Source: an uncultured Methylomirabilota bacterium
Lineage (GTDB): Bacteria; Methylomirabilota; Methylomirabilia; Methylomirabilales; 2-02-FULL-66-22
Length of the DNA: 64,000 nt
Direction of reading: 5' to 3'
Assembly: GCA_963705305.1 (NCBI GenBank)
Contig: OY970067.1
Coordinates: 2,816,001 to 2,880,000 of the forward strand
Below the pieces are notes generated by a model. It did no database searches and had not been told where the DNA came from. It saw only the letters and a program-made list of their open reading frames with translations. Shown piece after piece: positions 22,888-33,036 of the stretch; positions within the stretch are counted from its first letter, which is position 1; each line of letters opens with the position of its first letter. Position numbers and translations under genes: made by a program.

Positions 22888-23951
22888 GCCGATCGCCCGG
22901 CCGCGGCTCCCGAGGTCTCGCGCTGGCGGGTCTGATCCTGGTGCTGTGCCTGCTGCCGGCCTGCGGGCGCAGGGCGGCACCCCTGCCCCCCTTGCCAACG
23001 GTCCCCCAGGCAGCAGGCTCCCTCGCCGCCGTGGTGGAGGAGAACGCCATTCTTGTCACCTGGGCGCGTCCCACCCGCAACCAGGACGGCACGCCGCTGC
23101 AAAATCTGGCAGCCTTCCGGCTCTTCCGCGCCATGGAAGGCCCTCCGGCGGCGCCGGCGCCGGCCAGTCCGACGTTTTCCCTGCTGGCCACCATCCGTGC
23201 CGAGCATCCGGACAATGCTGCGGTGCTGGGCGACCAGTACGCCTTTCGCGACGACACTGCCCAAGCCGGCCTGCGCTACGCGTACAAGATCCAGGCCGTA
23301 AATACCAAGGACGGGGTCGGCGCCATGTCGGCGGAGGCCGTGGTCGATTTCGCGCCCCCGCCCCCCCCGCCGGTCGACCTGAAGGCCACGGCGGGCGATG
23401 GGATGGTCGATCTCACCTGGCAGCCCCCGGCCGAGGGGGCCGGCGGCGTGGTCGGCTACAACATTTACCGCGGGACCCGGCCGGACGTCTTTGACCCGCT
23501 CCCCATCAACGGTCCTCCCGTGACCACCACCCGTTTCCGGGATGGCGCCGTGACCAACGAGACCACCTACTACTACGTGGTGCGGAGCGTAGCGTCAGAG
23601 CGGCCGCCCTGGCGCGAAAGCGTGGACTCCGCCCAGGCCTCGGCCGCGCCCCAGGACTTCACCCCCCCGGAGCCGCCGCGCGGGCTGATCGCCATCCCTG
23701 GTCCGGGGAGCGTGGCGCTGACCTGGCATGCCAACCCCGAGCCGGATCTCCTGGGGTACCAGGTCTACCGCCAAGAGCCGCCCAGCGCCAAGCTGGTGCA
23801 GCTCACCACCCAGCCGATCCCTGCAACGACATACACCGACCGCAGCGTGAAATCTGGCGGCACCTACGTCTACTCCATCACCGCCGTGGACCGCTCTCCC
23901 CATCGGAACGAGAGCGCCCCGTCCGCAGAGGTCCAGGTCCGCGTCCCATAA
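22884..23951 (+). CDS. lipoprotein with three fibronectin type III-like domains
   Basis: Lipobox LPAC followed by GRRAAPLPP; repeated W...GYxxYR...Y.Y.V.AV FN3 pattern. Confidence 0.85.
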   Translation: MSRSPGRGSRGLALAGLILVLCLLPACGRRAAPLPPLPTVPQAAGSLAAVVEENAILVTWARPTRNQDGTPLQNLAAFRLFRAMEGPPAAPAPASPTFSLLATIRAEHPDNAAVLGDQYAFRDDTAQAGLRYAYKIQAVNTKDGVGAMSAEAVVDFAPPPPPPVDLKATAGDGMVDLTWQPPAEGAGGVVGYNIYRGTRPDVFDPLPINGPPVTTTRFRDGAVTNETTYYYVVRSVASERPPWRESVDSAQASAAPQDFTPPEPPRGLIAIPGPGSVALTWHANPEPDLLGYQVYRQEPPSAKLVQLTTQPIPATTYTDRSVKSGGTYVYSITAVDRSPHRNESAPSAEVQVRVP

Positions 23952-24134
23952 GGCCGGCCGGGACCCCCGATCGCCGCGTTCTTTGCCAGACAAGTCGCAT
24001 GCCGGTGGGTATCCCGCGTCCGGTGCGCACGGTGCGCTGTCCCAAGGTGATGGGCCGCGCACGCATCGCCCGCTCGACCTCGCGGGTACGGCCGGCATCA
24101 GAGCGCAGCGGACATTTCGGTCGGTCAGGGAGCC

Positions 24135-24163
24135 TTGACAGGCGAGGACTACCGGGGAAGAAT
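24135..24163 (+). promoter_or_regulatory. candidate sigma70 promoter
   Basis: TTGACA-N17-AAGAAT, about 120 bp upstream of the oxidoreductase start. Confidence 0.4.
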
Positions 24164-24281
24164 GCGCCTGGCAAGGCCGGGCACAACGCGATCCCGGAAC
24201 GGGCGGCGAGATGAGGTCTCAGCCGGTCCTCCGGTAGGCGTGGGGACGGGCGGAGGCCCTTGCAGAGCTGAGGAGGCTGTT

Positions 24282-25001
24282 ATGACGAAGCGTGCGTTCC
24301 TGTTCATCCTGGTGCTTGCACTCGCGGCACTGCCGCACGTCGCGGAGGCGCAGGCGACTGGTTCCCCGTTGAAGATCGGTCTGGTCGGTGCCGGACGAGA
24401 GGGCGGCGCACTCGGCACGCTCTTCGTGAAGGCCGGTCACCCGGTGATGTTCTCGTCGCGCCATCCCGAGGATTTGAAGGGTCTCGTCGCCGGGCTCGGG
24501 CCGCTCGCACGGGCCGGCACGGTCGACGAGGCCGTCACCTTCGGCGACGTCGTGCTGATTGTCGTCCCCTACACGGCGATGGAGCAGATCGGCCAGGCGC
24601 ATGCGACCGCCCTCGCCAAGAAGGTGCTGGTGATCGATGTGAGTAACCCGATCGCACGGCGCGATGGCGAAGACTTCGTCACGTCGGTCAACGGAGAGGG
24701 TGGACCGGGACTGATGACCGCGAAGCTCCTGCCGGGGGTGCCCCTCGTCCGCGCGTTCAATGCGATCGGCTCCGGCAGGCTGGCCGCGCTCGCCCATCGT
24801 GCAGGCGGGCCGGTCGGAGTGCCGATCGCGGGCGACGATCCGCAAGCGATCGCGGTGGCGGAGAGCCTCATTCGTGAGATCGGGTTCGAGCCCGTGCTTG
24901 TCGGCGGGCTGGCCATGGGCAAATATCTGGTGCCGGGGACGCCGCTCGCGGGCGAGCACACGCCGGCGGAGATTCACCAGATCGCCGGCGGTCTGCACTG
25001 A
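24282..25001 (+). CDS. secreted NAD(P)-binding oxidoreductase (F420-dependent NADP oxidoreductase-like)
   Basis: Signal peptide, KIGLVGAGREG Rossmann variant, IDVSNP, VRAFN, IAGDD, IGFEPV; AGGAGG RBS. Confidence 0.82.
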   Translation: MTKRAFLFILVLALAALPHVAEAQATGSPLKIGLVGAGREGGALGTLFVKAGHPVMFSSRHPEDLKGLVAGLGPLARAGTVDEAVTFGDVVLIVVPYTAMEQIGQAHATALAKKVLVIDVSNPIARRDGEDFVTSVNGEGGPGLMTAKLLPGVPLVRAFNAIGSGRLAALAHRAGGPVGVPIAGDDPQAIAVAESLIREIGFEPVLVGGLAMGKYLVPGTPLAGEHTPAEIHQIAGGLH

Positions 25002-25200
25002 GGCAGTTGCGACCACGCTCGGCCCCGCCCGCCGCCTGCGCTCCTTGCCGCGCAGCAGATCCAACGCCGGACTCCAGTCGGGCGAGGTCGAGCAGGTGCG
25101 CGCCCGCGGCCTGTCGCGGTCGGGGCGGCTGGCCCCCTCTGAGTTTCTCTCGGCAAGGCCGCCGTGGCTCGTCGACCCTCCGTCCCCGTGTCGTCCCCCG

Positions 25201-25434
25201 GTTGCGCGGGGACTGCGCCGCCGTTCATAAGGGTGCTAACCCCACTCCGGAAAAATCTCACCGCCACGTCGCCAAGAATGGCATACGTGGAATGGGCGGA
25301 GCGCACGGGGGCCAGAACGGCCTCGAATCCCCAGAAAGCGCCCCGGGGCCAAGACTCACTGCCTCCGATCCCTGGCGATTGTGGATAGTGGCGCCATGGC
25401 GGCCAAGAGTTTCTTCTGTCCAGAGCTCATTTTC
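25201..25434. repeat. left copy of ~235-bp direct repeat bracketing the island
   Basis: 25201-25280 matches 39878-39957 at 79/80; a second similar block starts at the same +188 offset in both copies. Confidence 0.9.
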
Positions 25435-25584
25435 AGCTTCGCCTGGATGTAGTCGGGCATGCGCTCCCTCCCGCAAGAGCCCCGAGGGGCGCCTACGGCA
25501 ACTGCTCGGGAAGCGGCTTGTCGGCTGGCGGGCCTAGCCCTGCACAGCGGCCCGGGACTTGTCCGACCACGGGCTATACCCAGG

Positions 25585-26004
25585 TCAGCCTCCATTCCCC
25601 CGGGCTTTCACCTTGCGCATTCGCTGGTGCCCCGCGCTCGCGACGGATGCCTCGACAACGGCCAAAAGGGCCTCGGCACGAAACGGCTTCGTGAGGCACG
25701 CCGCGGCGCCGGCCTCGAAGGCCCGGTGGTTAAGGGCGCTATCCTCCACCGCCGTCAGGAAGACCACCGGGATCGGCGCGGTGAGGGGGTTCGCCTTCAG
25801 TTGCCGGCACACCTCGTAGCCGTCGAGGTCCGGCATCCGGACATCCAAGAGGATGAGGGCCGGCCGCAGACTCGCCGCCTTGGCGAGGCCCCCCGTCCCG
25901 TCGGCGGCCTCCATGGGCTCATACCCTGCGCTTTGAAGGATCTCCCGGACTGCACTGCGAAGGCCAGGCTCGTCGTCCACGATGAGCACGCACTGTCTCG
26001 CCAT
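25585..26004 (-). CDS. single-domain response regulator
   Basis: VLIVDDE, ILLDVRMPDLDGYEVC, VVFLT, LTKPF. Confidence 0.9.
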   Translation of the reverse strand: MARQCVLIVDDEPGLRSAVREILQSAGYEPMEAADGTGGLAKAASLRPALILLDVRMPDLDGYEVCRQLKANPLTAPIPVVFLTAVEDSALNHRAFEAGAAACLTKPFRAEALLAVVEASVASAGHQRMRKVKARGNGG

Positions 26005-26021
26005 GGTCTCTCCCCGGGGGT

Positions 26022-26405
26022 TCAAGATGGGGACTGCTGTACGTCCCATGCGTTCACGGCGGCTACCACCAAGAGGGCGGCCTTGAGGCCCCGCGCCTGC
26101 TCGGGAGTCATCTCGGTGAAGACGACGCCGCTCTCGTGGGCCTTGGGCCCGAGCCTTTCGGCCATGAACTTCCTGGTGTAAGGCCGCGTCCAGGCGACCC
26201 GGCCGGGGAAGCGCACCAGCCCCAGGGCCCGGGGGAAGTCCACCACGCACCCCGCCCCCACCTCGAGGGGGTCCTCGTGCAGGATGCGCGCCCCCTTGGC
26301 GCTCAGGTCCAGGAGGGTCGCTGCCCAGAACCCCAGCTCGGGGCGGCCGAGGCGGTGCGGCACGAACAGCCGCACGACCTGGCGACGTTCGGGTATCGCG
26401 TCCAT
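26022..26405 (-). CDS. PilZ-domain protein
   Basis: ERRQVVR (RxxxR), DLSAKG (DxSxxG), GRVAW, SGVVF. Confidence 0.8.
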   Translation of the reverse strand: MDAIPERRQVVRLFVPHRLGRPELGFWAATLLDLSAKGARILHEDPLEVGAGCVVDFPRALGLVRFPGRVAWTRPYTRKFMAERLGPKAHESGVVFTEMTPEQARGLKAALLVVAAVNAWDVQQSPS

Positions 26406-26436
26406 GGTCCCCTCCCCGTCCTTGCCGTATTCGGGG

Positions 26437-26739
26437 CTACGGGCCCCGCCGCCGCGTGAGGAGCCGGTACGCCGCGGTCCCCGCCCACGCCAGTACGCCC
26501 AGCCCGAACAGGGAAACGTAGAGGGCCTGGAGGGGGTGCCACACCCACTCGGCCGCGGGGACGCTCAGGAAGATCGCCAGGCTCCAGAGGCAGAGGAACC
26601 GCAGGCTGACCCCCTCCCAGCCGGCCCGCCGGCGGGTGATGGAGCCCCAGAGCAGCTCCACACCCACCCAGGCCAGGAGGGCGAGCGGGAGTGTCCCTAG
26701 GATGGTGGCACGGAGCGCCGCAAGGTAGGCGGAAAGCAT
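26437..26739 (-). CDS. small membrane protein
   Basis: Three hydrophobic segments; packed between receiver and PilZ genes. Confidence 0.6.
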   Translation of the reverse strand: MLSAYLAALRATILGTLPLALLAWVGVELLWGSITRRRAGWEGVSLRFLCLWSLAIFLSVPAAEWVWHPLQALYVSLFGLGVLAWAGTAAYRLLTRRRGP

Positions 26740-26743
26740 GGCC

Positions 26744-27172
26744 TCAGTTCCTTTCCTCGGGGACCTCGGGACTCGCCTTCCGCCCCAGGACCTGCTCGAC
26801 GGCTCGAACGACCTGCTCCGGGTCGAAGGGCTTCCGGAGGCTCAGGGTAGCGCCGGCTTCGGCCCCCTTCGCCTCCAGCTCCGGATCGTTCACCGCCGTC
26901 AGGAGGATGATGGGGATATGCTGGAGGACTCGATTAGCCCGCAGGCGCCGACAGACCTCGTACCCGTCCATCCTCGGCATCAGGATGTCCAAGAGGATCA
27001 GCGCCGGGCGCTCCTTGCTGGCGATGGCGATGCCGGCGAGCCCGTGCGTGGCCAGGACGACCCGGTAGCCGTGGGCTTCCAGGGCATCCGTGCACACGCC
27101 GAGCACGAGTCGATCATCATCGATACAGAGGATCGTCGGGCGGGCGCTTGCCGCCGGGGATTCATCCTGCAT
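26744..27172 (-). CDS. single-domain response regulator
   Basis: ILCIDDD, ILLDILMPRMDGYEVC, IILLT, LRKPF; paralog of 25585-26004. Confidence 0.9.
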   Translation of the reverse strand: MQDESPAASARPTILCIDDDRLVLGVCTDALEAHGYRVVLATHGLAGIAIASKERPALILLDILMPRMDGYEVCRRLRANRVLQHIPIILLTAVNDPELEAKGAEAGATLSLRKPFDPEQVVRAVEQVLGRKASPEVPEERN

Positions 27173-27515
27173 GTGGTCGTCTCCTCTCCGTCTCCCCTCT
27201 CCCGTGGCGCAGGGCGGATTCCTCGCCCTCGCCAGGGTCGATCACGGCCCGCGGCGGCCCCCGGTTGAGCTTCGGGGAGACGGGATCACGCGAAGTCCTC
27301 CGCCCGGAGTCCCGTCTCCAGGTCCCGCGCCGGGCCCGCCCCCCCCGGGCCATGGTTTGCCCGCGATGGGCACTATGTGTGTCAATTTCACACCGTTGCA
27401 GTGTGCCACGAAGTCCGTTCCCTTTTTTCCCGGCGCCCGCGGGATTGCCTTCGGCAACTCGCCCGCTGCGCGGCCCGGAGCTGCGTCGTCGGCCAATTGA
27501 CCGGGGCCAGCGGCT

Positions 27516-28061
27516 TCAGGGTCGCCTCCAGATCGTCTTGCCCTCCTCGTCGAACAGGTAGAACGCCGGTCCCTCCTTGGTGACGTTCAGCCAGGCGCGG
27601 TCTTTGCCGTTCGCGTCGGCCAGTCGCAGGTTCGGCCCGTCCTTGGCCACGGCTAGCCGGGTCCGGGGCTTGCCGTTCTCGTCGTACAGGGCCAGCACCG
27701 GCCACCCTTTGTCCAGGGCCACCATCGCGCGGAATTTGCCGTCCTCGTCGGCCAGGGCGAGCGACGGCCCGCTCTCGGTCACGGTCAGCTGGACGCGATT
27801 CTTGCCATGCTCATCGAACAGCAGAAGCCCCGTCGCGTCCTTGACCACGCCCAGCGCGGCCCGCAGCGTCCCCTTTCCGTCTTTCAGGACGAACCCCTCC
27901 GCCTCCACGATCCGCGGCCTCGGCATTGCCTGGCCCATGACCAGCCCGGCCACGGCCAACACCACCACCGCAATGCCTGCTCCCCGCAACCTCCGGTTCT
28001 GCCGTTCCACCTTCGCCAGCCGGTGCGCGAGAGCTTGAATGTCATCTGACTGTGCTGGCAT
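27516..28061 (-). CDS. hypothetical membrane-anchored protein with tandem beta repeats
   Basis: Coiled coil + TM, then about six ~22-aa repeats of the L.D..GK.R..L type; GGAGG RBS. Confidence 0.75.
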   Translation of the reverse strand: MPAQSDDIQALAHRLAKVERQNRRLRGAGIAVVVLAVAGLVMGQAMPRPRIVEAEGFVLKDGKGTLRAALGVVKDATGLLLFDEHGKNRVQLTVTESGPSLALADEDGKFRAMVALDKGWPVLALYDENGKPRTRLAVAKDGPNLRLADANGKDRAWLNVTKEGPAFYLFDEEGKTIWRRP

Positions 28062-28149
28062 GGCCGCCTCCTCTTCTGGTCTGCCCTCTGCCCACGGCGG
28101 CCGGGAGCCGCCCTGTCCCCCGTCGGGTGCGGGGGCGGGACAAGGACCG

Positions 28150-28610
28150 TTACTGTGTGGTGTCCCGTGGGCGAAGCCCCCGCCCGCTGCCGTTCTGGAG
28201 TTCCCGGAGCCGGGCCCCCGCGATCAGGCCAATGACCTTCGCCTCGTCGCTGGCGTCAGCCGCCTGGGAGGCGCGCACGAGGCCCGCTTCATCTGTTGGT
28301 GCAGTGCAGCCCTTTTCGACCGCTCAGCCGCTGAGCGCCCAGTTGACCGACCCCTCGGGCTCCGCCGTGTAGCCCATGTACGTCGCGAGCTCTGGGGGGT
28401 GCCCGGCTCGGTGCAGCGGGCGAACACTGTCACGGCGACCATGGCCCCCTGGGCCCAGGCGAACCTCTCCACGCTGCCCGCCGCGAAACCCTGACGCCAC
28501 TCCGCGATCGTTTGTTCAGCTGTGGGCTTCGGCTCGGCCACCGAGGCCGCGGACCCGGCGAGGACCACCGCGCTGACGACGACCAGGACGGCCACCGTGC
28601 TGTTCCTCAT
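28150..28610 (-). pseudogene. probable degraded secreted protein gene
   Basis: Signal peptide from ATG 28610; protein-like reading continues in a shifted frame after a C6 run near 28394-28399 (ELATYMGYTAEPEG...), with an internal TGA; 3' end approximate. Confidence 0.4.
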
Positions 28611-28828
28611 CCCGCTCCCCCTCACGCCAGCACAATACAAGGGCCCTTGACCACACCGGGCCAAGGGCCTACGCTTGGAGTTGCGCCGCACCTGGTCCGA
28701 GCAGGTCGCGGTCAATTGGGGGGCCTCGTCGGTCGCACGGCGGCGCCCTTCGTATTGCTCGGGATGCTGTGACGCTACGCCTGAAGGACTGGGCCTGTCA
28801 AGCCTCCTGGTCGCGCCCTAATCTCCGG

Positions 28829-30412
28829 CTAAGCGGTGGCCAGCCGGGCGATCTTGCGCCGCGCCCGGACGAGCAAGGCGTGCTGCAGGGCGCCCGAGAG
28901 CCGCAAGAGCGTCCGTCGGGCATGCGCGACGACCTTCCCGACGGTGTTGAACAGCAGGAACCGGAGACGCTTCGGCCGGGCGGTCCGGAGATCTCCGGGT
29001 AAGGTCAACCGCTTGAGCGCGGTGAGCAGGTTGTAGGTGAGCACGTTCAGCCGGAACCAGGCGGCGTTCGCCCCGAACTTCCCACTGGGCAGCGCGGCGG
29101 CCGCCAGCTCGGTCTTGAGGACGTGATGGGTGTGCTCGATGGTCCCTGCTTTCTCCCGGTGCCACCGGAGGATCGTGAGCCCATCCTCCGGCCGATTGGT
29201 GACCACGGCGAAGTACTGCACGCTACTCCCGTCGGCGAAGAGGCTCCCCTGGCGTCGCTGGATACGCACCGCGAGGTAGCGGCGAACGCACGGCCGCGCC
29301 TTCCGGTGATCGCCATCCTCGGGGACGTAGGGGACTTCGGCCCAGGCCCGGATCGCCTCGGGCTCCTCCCGCTCGAGCTGCCAGGCGGCCGCGGGGAGGC
29401 GCCGGATCTCGGCCTGGAGCTGCGCGGACATATCGGCGCTAATCGCGTAGGCGATTTTCTTCTCCTCGCACCAGCGGAGGACCTCCGTCTCGTAGAGGGC
29501 GCTGTCGGCCCGCAGGGAGATGCGGTCCACGCCCTGGGGCAAGTTGGCCACCGCCTGTTCGAGGACGCGCACGTTGCCGCACCCGGCGGGCACCTGGCCA
29601 TCGCGGAACTGGTCGTGCACGATGACATCGTGCTCGGCCCAGAGGACCACGACGGGCTGGTAGCCCCGGGTCCCGTCGTAGGCCACGGTCGCCGCGTCCT
29701 TGTGGCTCTCGACGAGCGTCGCGTCCACATCCAGGGTGGCCGTCGCCGCCCGGGCCCCGCGCTGGACGCCCGCGACCAGCGTCCGGTTCGCCTGTCCGAG
29801 GCCCGCCAAGGGGGCGGACTCCAGGGGGACCGTGGCCGCGGGCCCGGCCACCCAGAGCGGCCCGTCCTCCACGTGGAAGGCCTCGAGGAAGTCCCGGACC
29901 GTGGTCGCGGCCTACCCGCTACACAAAGGTGTTGAAGATTCGTTTGTCAATAGGCGCGATTCCCCCGTGGTTACAGCGCATTCCGTCCTTTTCGGATTGG
30001 GCTGGCATCGAGGAAGATTTCCTCCCCGACAAGGCGTTCCGATTCGGTCAACCAATTCATGCTGTTACTAGCGAAACGCCGACCGTTATCAACACCTTTG
30101 TGTAACGGCTAGAGTCGCGGCCGGCAGGGGGTAGCCGAGCAGCGTGGCCAGGGCCTGATCCTCCCGGAGCGTCGTGAGGTCCTGGCAGCGGTCCCCGCCG
30201 CTCGTCCACAACGCGACGAGACTCTCCACGAGCTGCGAGGGGGGTAATCCGCGCTGCCGCTGCTTGACCGCAACGTGGGTGTCGACGGCCTGGGCCACCC
30301 CGAGCTGGCGGAACAGCTCGATCACGAGCGGGACCCCGGCCCGGCCCGTGACCAGCGTGGGGTCGATCGCGTCATCGATCTCGAACGGCAACCGGGGCGA
30401 GGTGTCGGGCAT
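28829..30412 (-). pseudogene. IS1380-family DDE transposase, split
   Basis: TLDVDAT, GYQP, RADSALY, GTIEHTHHVLK, LPSGKFGANAAW, RLRFLLF; one frame (...YPLPAATTVRDFLEAF...) once the 210-bp insert plus duplication is removed. Confidence 0.9.
29912..30112. mobile_element. 201-bp non-autonomous MITE, probably IS4 family (IS50/Tn5-like)
   Basis: 24-bp TIR with 22/24 match; flanks GGTCGCGGC / AGTCGCGGC (9-bp duplication with one mismatch); no transposase. Confidence 0.88.
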
Positions 30413-31073
30413 CGCTCTCCTCCTTGTGGTGTTTGCACCCACTGGGTGAAACCAAGCAAGGCCGATGCCAACCCCGCGGGCCGCGCGCACTGCGGGCCGC
30501 TGCGTGATTCGCGATCCCCCTCAACTTCTTAGCCGGAGATTAGGGTCGCGTCCGTGCCCGACTCAGGATGCCCTGTTTCCCCGGCGTGGGACGGCATCCG
30601 GGCCGGGAAGGCTCCACGATCTCTCTCGGGTGGCTAGGTGGGGTAGCCGTCCAGACGGCTTCACCGTCGTCCAGCCCCTCGTTACCATGAGCCGCTCCTT
30701 TCGGTCTTCAGTTGCGCGGGGGCTGCCTCTCTGTGCGTCGATGTGCGATGATTTGATTTCAAACCCCGTCAGTTCGTGCTCCGGGAGCTCCCCGACTTAG
30801 CGCGAGGATGGGTCGGGCTCCTGGTTCCGTGGCCCCCCGGAGGGCGGCCTCCAGGAGCGCGCTGGAGTGCCCGCCACGAGTGAAATATACTCCCGCCTGC
30901 CCGGAGGGGCCTTTCGTCGGGAATCGCATTCGCGCCCGAGGGCCTCGGCCGAGCAGGGGCGTCAGGCCAGCAGACCTGGGCGCCCAGCGTGACGCAGTGT
31001 GCCCCTCCGGCTCGCATGGGGGGGGAGTCCCCGCAGGCGAGCGGCAAGACCGGAAAGACATGGAGGTGTGGCG

Positions 31074-31838
31074 ATGAGCAAACGTCTCGGGTGGGGAGTC
31101 GCGGTGGCCGTGCTCCTCCTCGTGGCCAGTCCCGTCCCCAGCCAGGCGCATGGACACGTCTTCATCGGCGTCACCGTTCCCCTCGGGGTGGGGCCGTGGG
31201 GATGGGGGGTGCCATACCCCTACTATGGCTATCCGTATTACCCCGCTCCCGCCGCGGTCGTCGCCCAGACCCCGCCCGTGTACGTGCAGCAGCCCCCGGC
31301 CCAGCAACCCGCCTACTGGTACTACTGCCCGAACCCCCCGGGCTACTACCCCTACGTCAAGGAGTGCCCGCCAGGCTGGATGACCGTGGCCCCGTCCCCG
31401 GCCGGCCAGCCCGGAACCCCGGCAGCGCCGTCCGGCGCTTTCGCCTACCAGGTGCCGTTCCTCACCCTCGTCCTGTCCCACGGGCAGGAATTGGGGCTCA
31501 CCCCGGACCAGCTCCAGAAGCTCCAGGAGCTGCGCACGGCCTTCGACAAGGAGGCGGTCGCCCGGGGCGCGCTCATCCGGGCGGCGCAGGGCGCCCTGAA
31601 CGCCCTCCTCGAGCAGGACCAGTGGGATCTGCCGGCCATCGACGCCAAAGTGCATGAGGTCGCCACCCTGCAGGCGGACCAGCAGTTCGCGGCGATCAAG
31701 ACGGTCGCGGCGGGGGAGGCGCTCCTCACGCCGGCGCAGCTGCAGAAACTGGACGCGATCGGGCAGTGGAGCCCGTCCCCGGGCGGCCCGAGACCCGGGC
31801 TTCCGGGGCCGGGTAGCCCGCCGCCCCTGCCGCAGTAG
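31074..31838 (+). CDS. secreted Pro/Tyr-rich protein fused to a Spy/CpxP-like (LTxxQ) domain
   Basis: Signal peptide; YWYYCPNPPGYYPYVKECPPGW; LGLTPDQ and LLTPAQ motifs. Confidence 0.75.
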   Translation: MSKRLGWGVAVAVLLLVASPVPSQAHGHVFIGVTVPLGVGPWGWGVPYPYYGYPYYPAPAAVVAQTPPVYVQQPPAQQPAYWYYCPNPPGYYPYVKECPPGWMTVAPSPAGQPGTPAAPSGAFAYQVPFLTLVLSHGQELGLTPDQLQKLQELRTAFDKEAVARGALIRAAQGALNALLEQDQWDLPAIDAKVHEVATLQADQQFAAIKTVAAGEALLTPAQLQKLDAIGQWSPSPGGPRPGLPGPGSPPPLPQ

Positions 31839-32268
31839 GCCGTGCTGCTCCCCGTGAACAGGCGGGTCCCAGCGTATGAAGGGGAACCGTGCGTCCCCTC
31901 TGGCCCTTCGTCCTCCCCCGTGGCCCGCGCCGACAAAATGAGACCCACCGATCCGACGCGGGGAGCAGTCCGCTCAGAGGAGGGTGCGCCGAGCGGACTG
32001 GCGTGAGGCCGTCGGCCAAGAAGACAACCAGCCCGGCGCGCGAGAGCCCGCCACGCCCCATTAGCGAACGCACATCCCCCGGGGCGTCGTGGCCGCCGGT
32101 CACGGGGCATCCCCAGCGCCGAGAATACAGCGAGGCCCCGGGCGCCCGGCAAACAGCCGCACCCAGAGCCTCGCAGACCGGAAAGCCGGAGCCTCCCGGA
32201 TCTGTATTCCCTTTCCTCCGTCGTACATCGCCGATGCTATCAGAGAGCCAGCTCCGGCTCACATGGTC

Positions 32269-32463
32269 TCAAGCACCGGTGCTCCAGTTCCCTGACTGGA
32301 GCACCGCTCGCGTCCCCTCGTCGTAGGCCGGCTCGTCCGCATCGAAGAGCCCGGGAGTCCCCAGCCGAACGAGGAAGAGGCCCCCCGCCACTAGGAGCAG
32401 CGCGAACAGGGTGGCGGCCCCTATCCGGGCGGCGGCAGTCGGACTGCCGGCTGGCCCGGTCAC
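32269..32463 (-). pseudogene. N-terminal remnant of an ArnT/PMT-type glycosyltransferase
   Basis: TM followed by LFDADEPAY...VLQSGNW, then an early stop. Confidence 0.6.
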
Positions 32464-32472
32464 GAGCCTTCG

Positions 32473-33036
32473 TCACTGTGCCCGGTGCATCGTCCCTGCG
32501 CAGGCATCCCGGACCAGGAACGGATTCGTCGCCTGGGCCAGGAGGAACGGGGGGGTGGCCGCCAGCAGGACGCGCGGGGTCCCGTCCTGCAGGCTGCCGC
32601 TCTCACCCCCGCCCTGGTTGGGCGCCTGGTACTCGAAGAGCAGATCGAAGCGGACCTCCTGTCCCGTCGTCGGCAGCTCCATCTTGAAGGGGGCGGACTG
32701 CATCGGGCTCAGCACCACGTTGGTCAGGACGTCGCGGGCTTCCGCGACGGTCCTGCCCCGGGCGTTGACGCCGATCACGGTGAACGCGAGCGAGCGGACC
32801 TCCGGCTGCATGAGGTTGAAGGCCAGCCCCTGCAGCACGAGCGCCTGGGGCGTGGGCCGTGTACAGTTCCAGAAGACTTCTATGTCCGTGGTGGTTCGCT
32901 GATGGGTGAACCCGGGCGGCGGGTAGGGGGCCTGCTCCGCGCCCGGCTGGGCGGGGCCGGGGACCCCGGCGCAGGCGGCCAGGCCGCCCGCCAGGAGGAC
33001 CAACAGCCCGAGGGGAATCCAGCGTCTCCGTCGCAT
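32473..33036 (-). CDS. hypothetical lipoprotein
   Basis: Basic N-terminus, hydrophobic core, lipobox LAAC; GGAGG RBS 8 nt before the ATG. Confidence 0.75.
   Translation of the reverse strand: MRRRRWIPLGLLVLLAGGLAACAGVPGPAQPGAEQAPYPPPGFTHQRTTTDIEVFWNCTRPTPQALVLQGLAFNLMQPEVRSLAFTVIGVNARGRTVAEARDVLTNVVLSPMQSAPFKMELPTTGQEVRFDLLFEYQAPNQGGGESGSLQDGTPRVLLAATPPFLLAQATNPFLVRDACAGTMHRAQ

Larger units (their letters stand above)
28816..30545 (-). mobile_element. IS1380-family insertion sequence interrupted by a MITE
   Basis: Perfect 18-bp TIR CCCTAATCTCCGGCTAAG (28816-28833 / 30528-30545); 5-bp TSD TCGCG (28811-28815 / 30546-30550). Confidence 0.93.

Noticed and set aside
30709..30726. Third copy of the island boundary repeat (CAGTTGCGCGGGGGCTGC)
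   Set aside because: Only 17/18 bp match and no extension; may be chance in GC-rich sequence.
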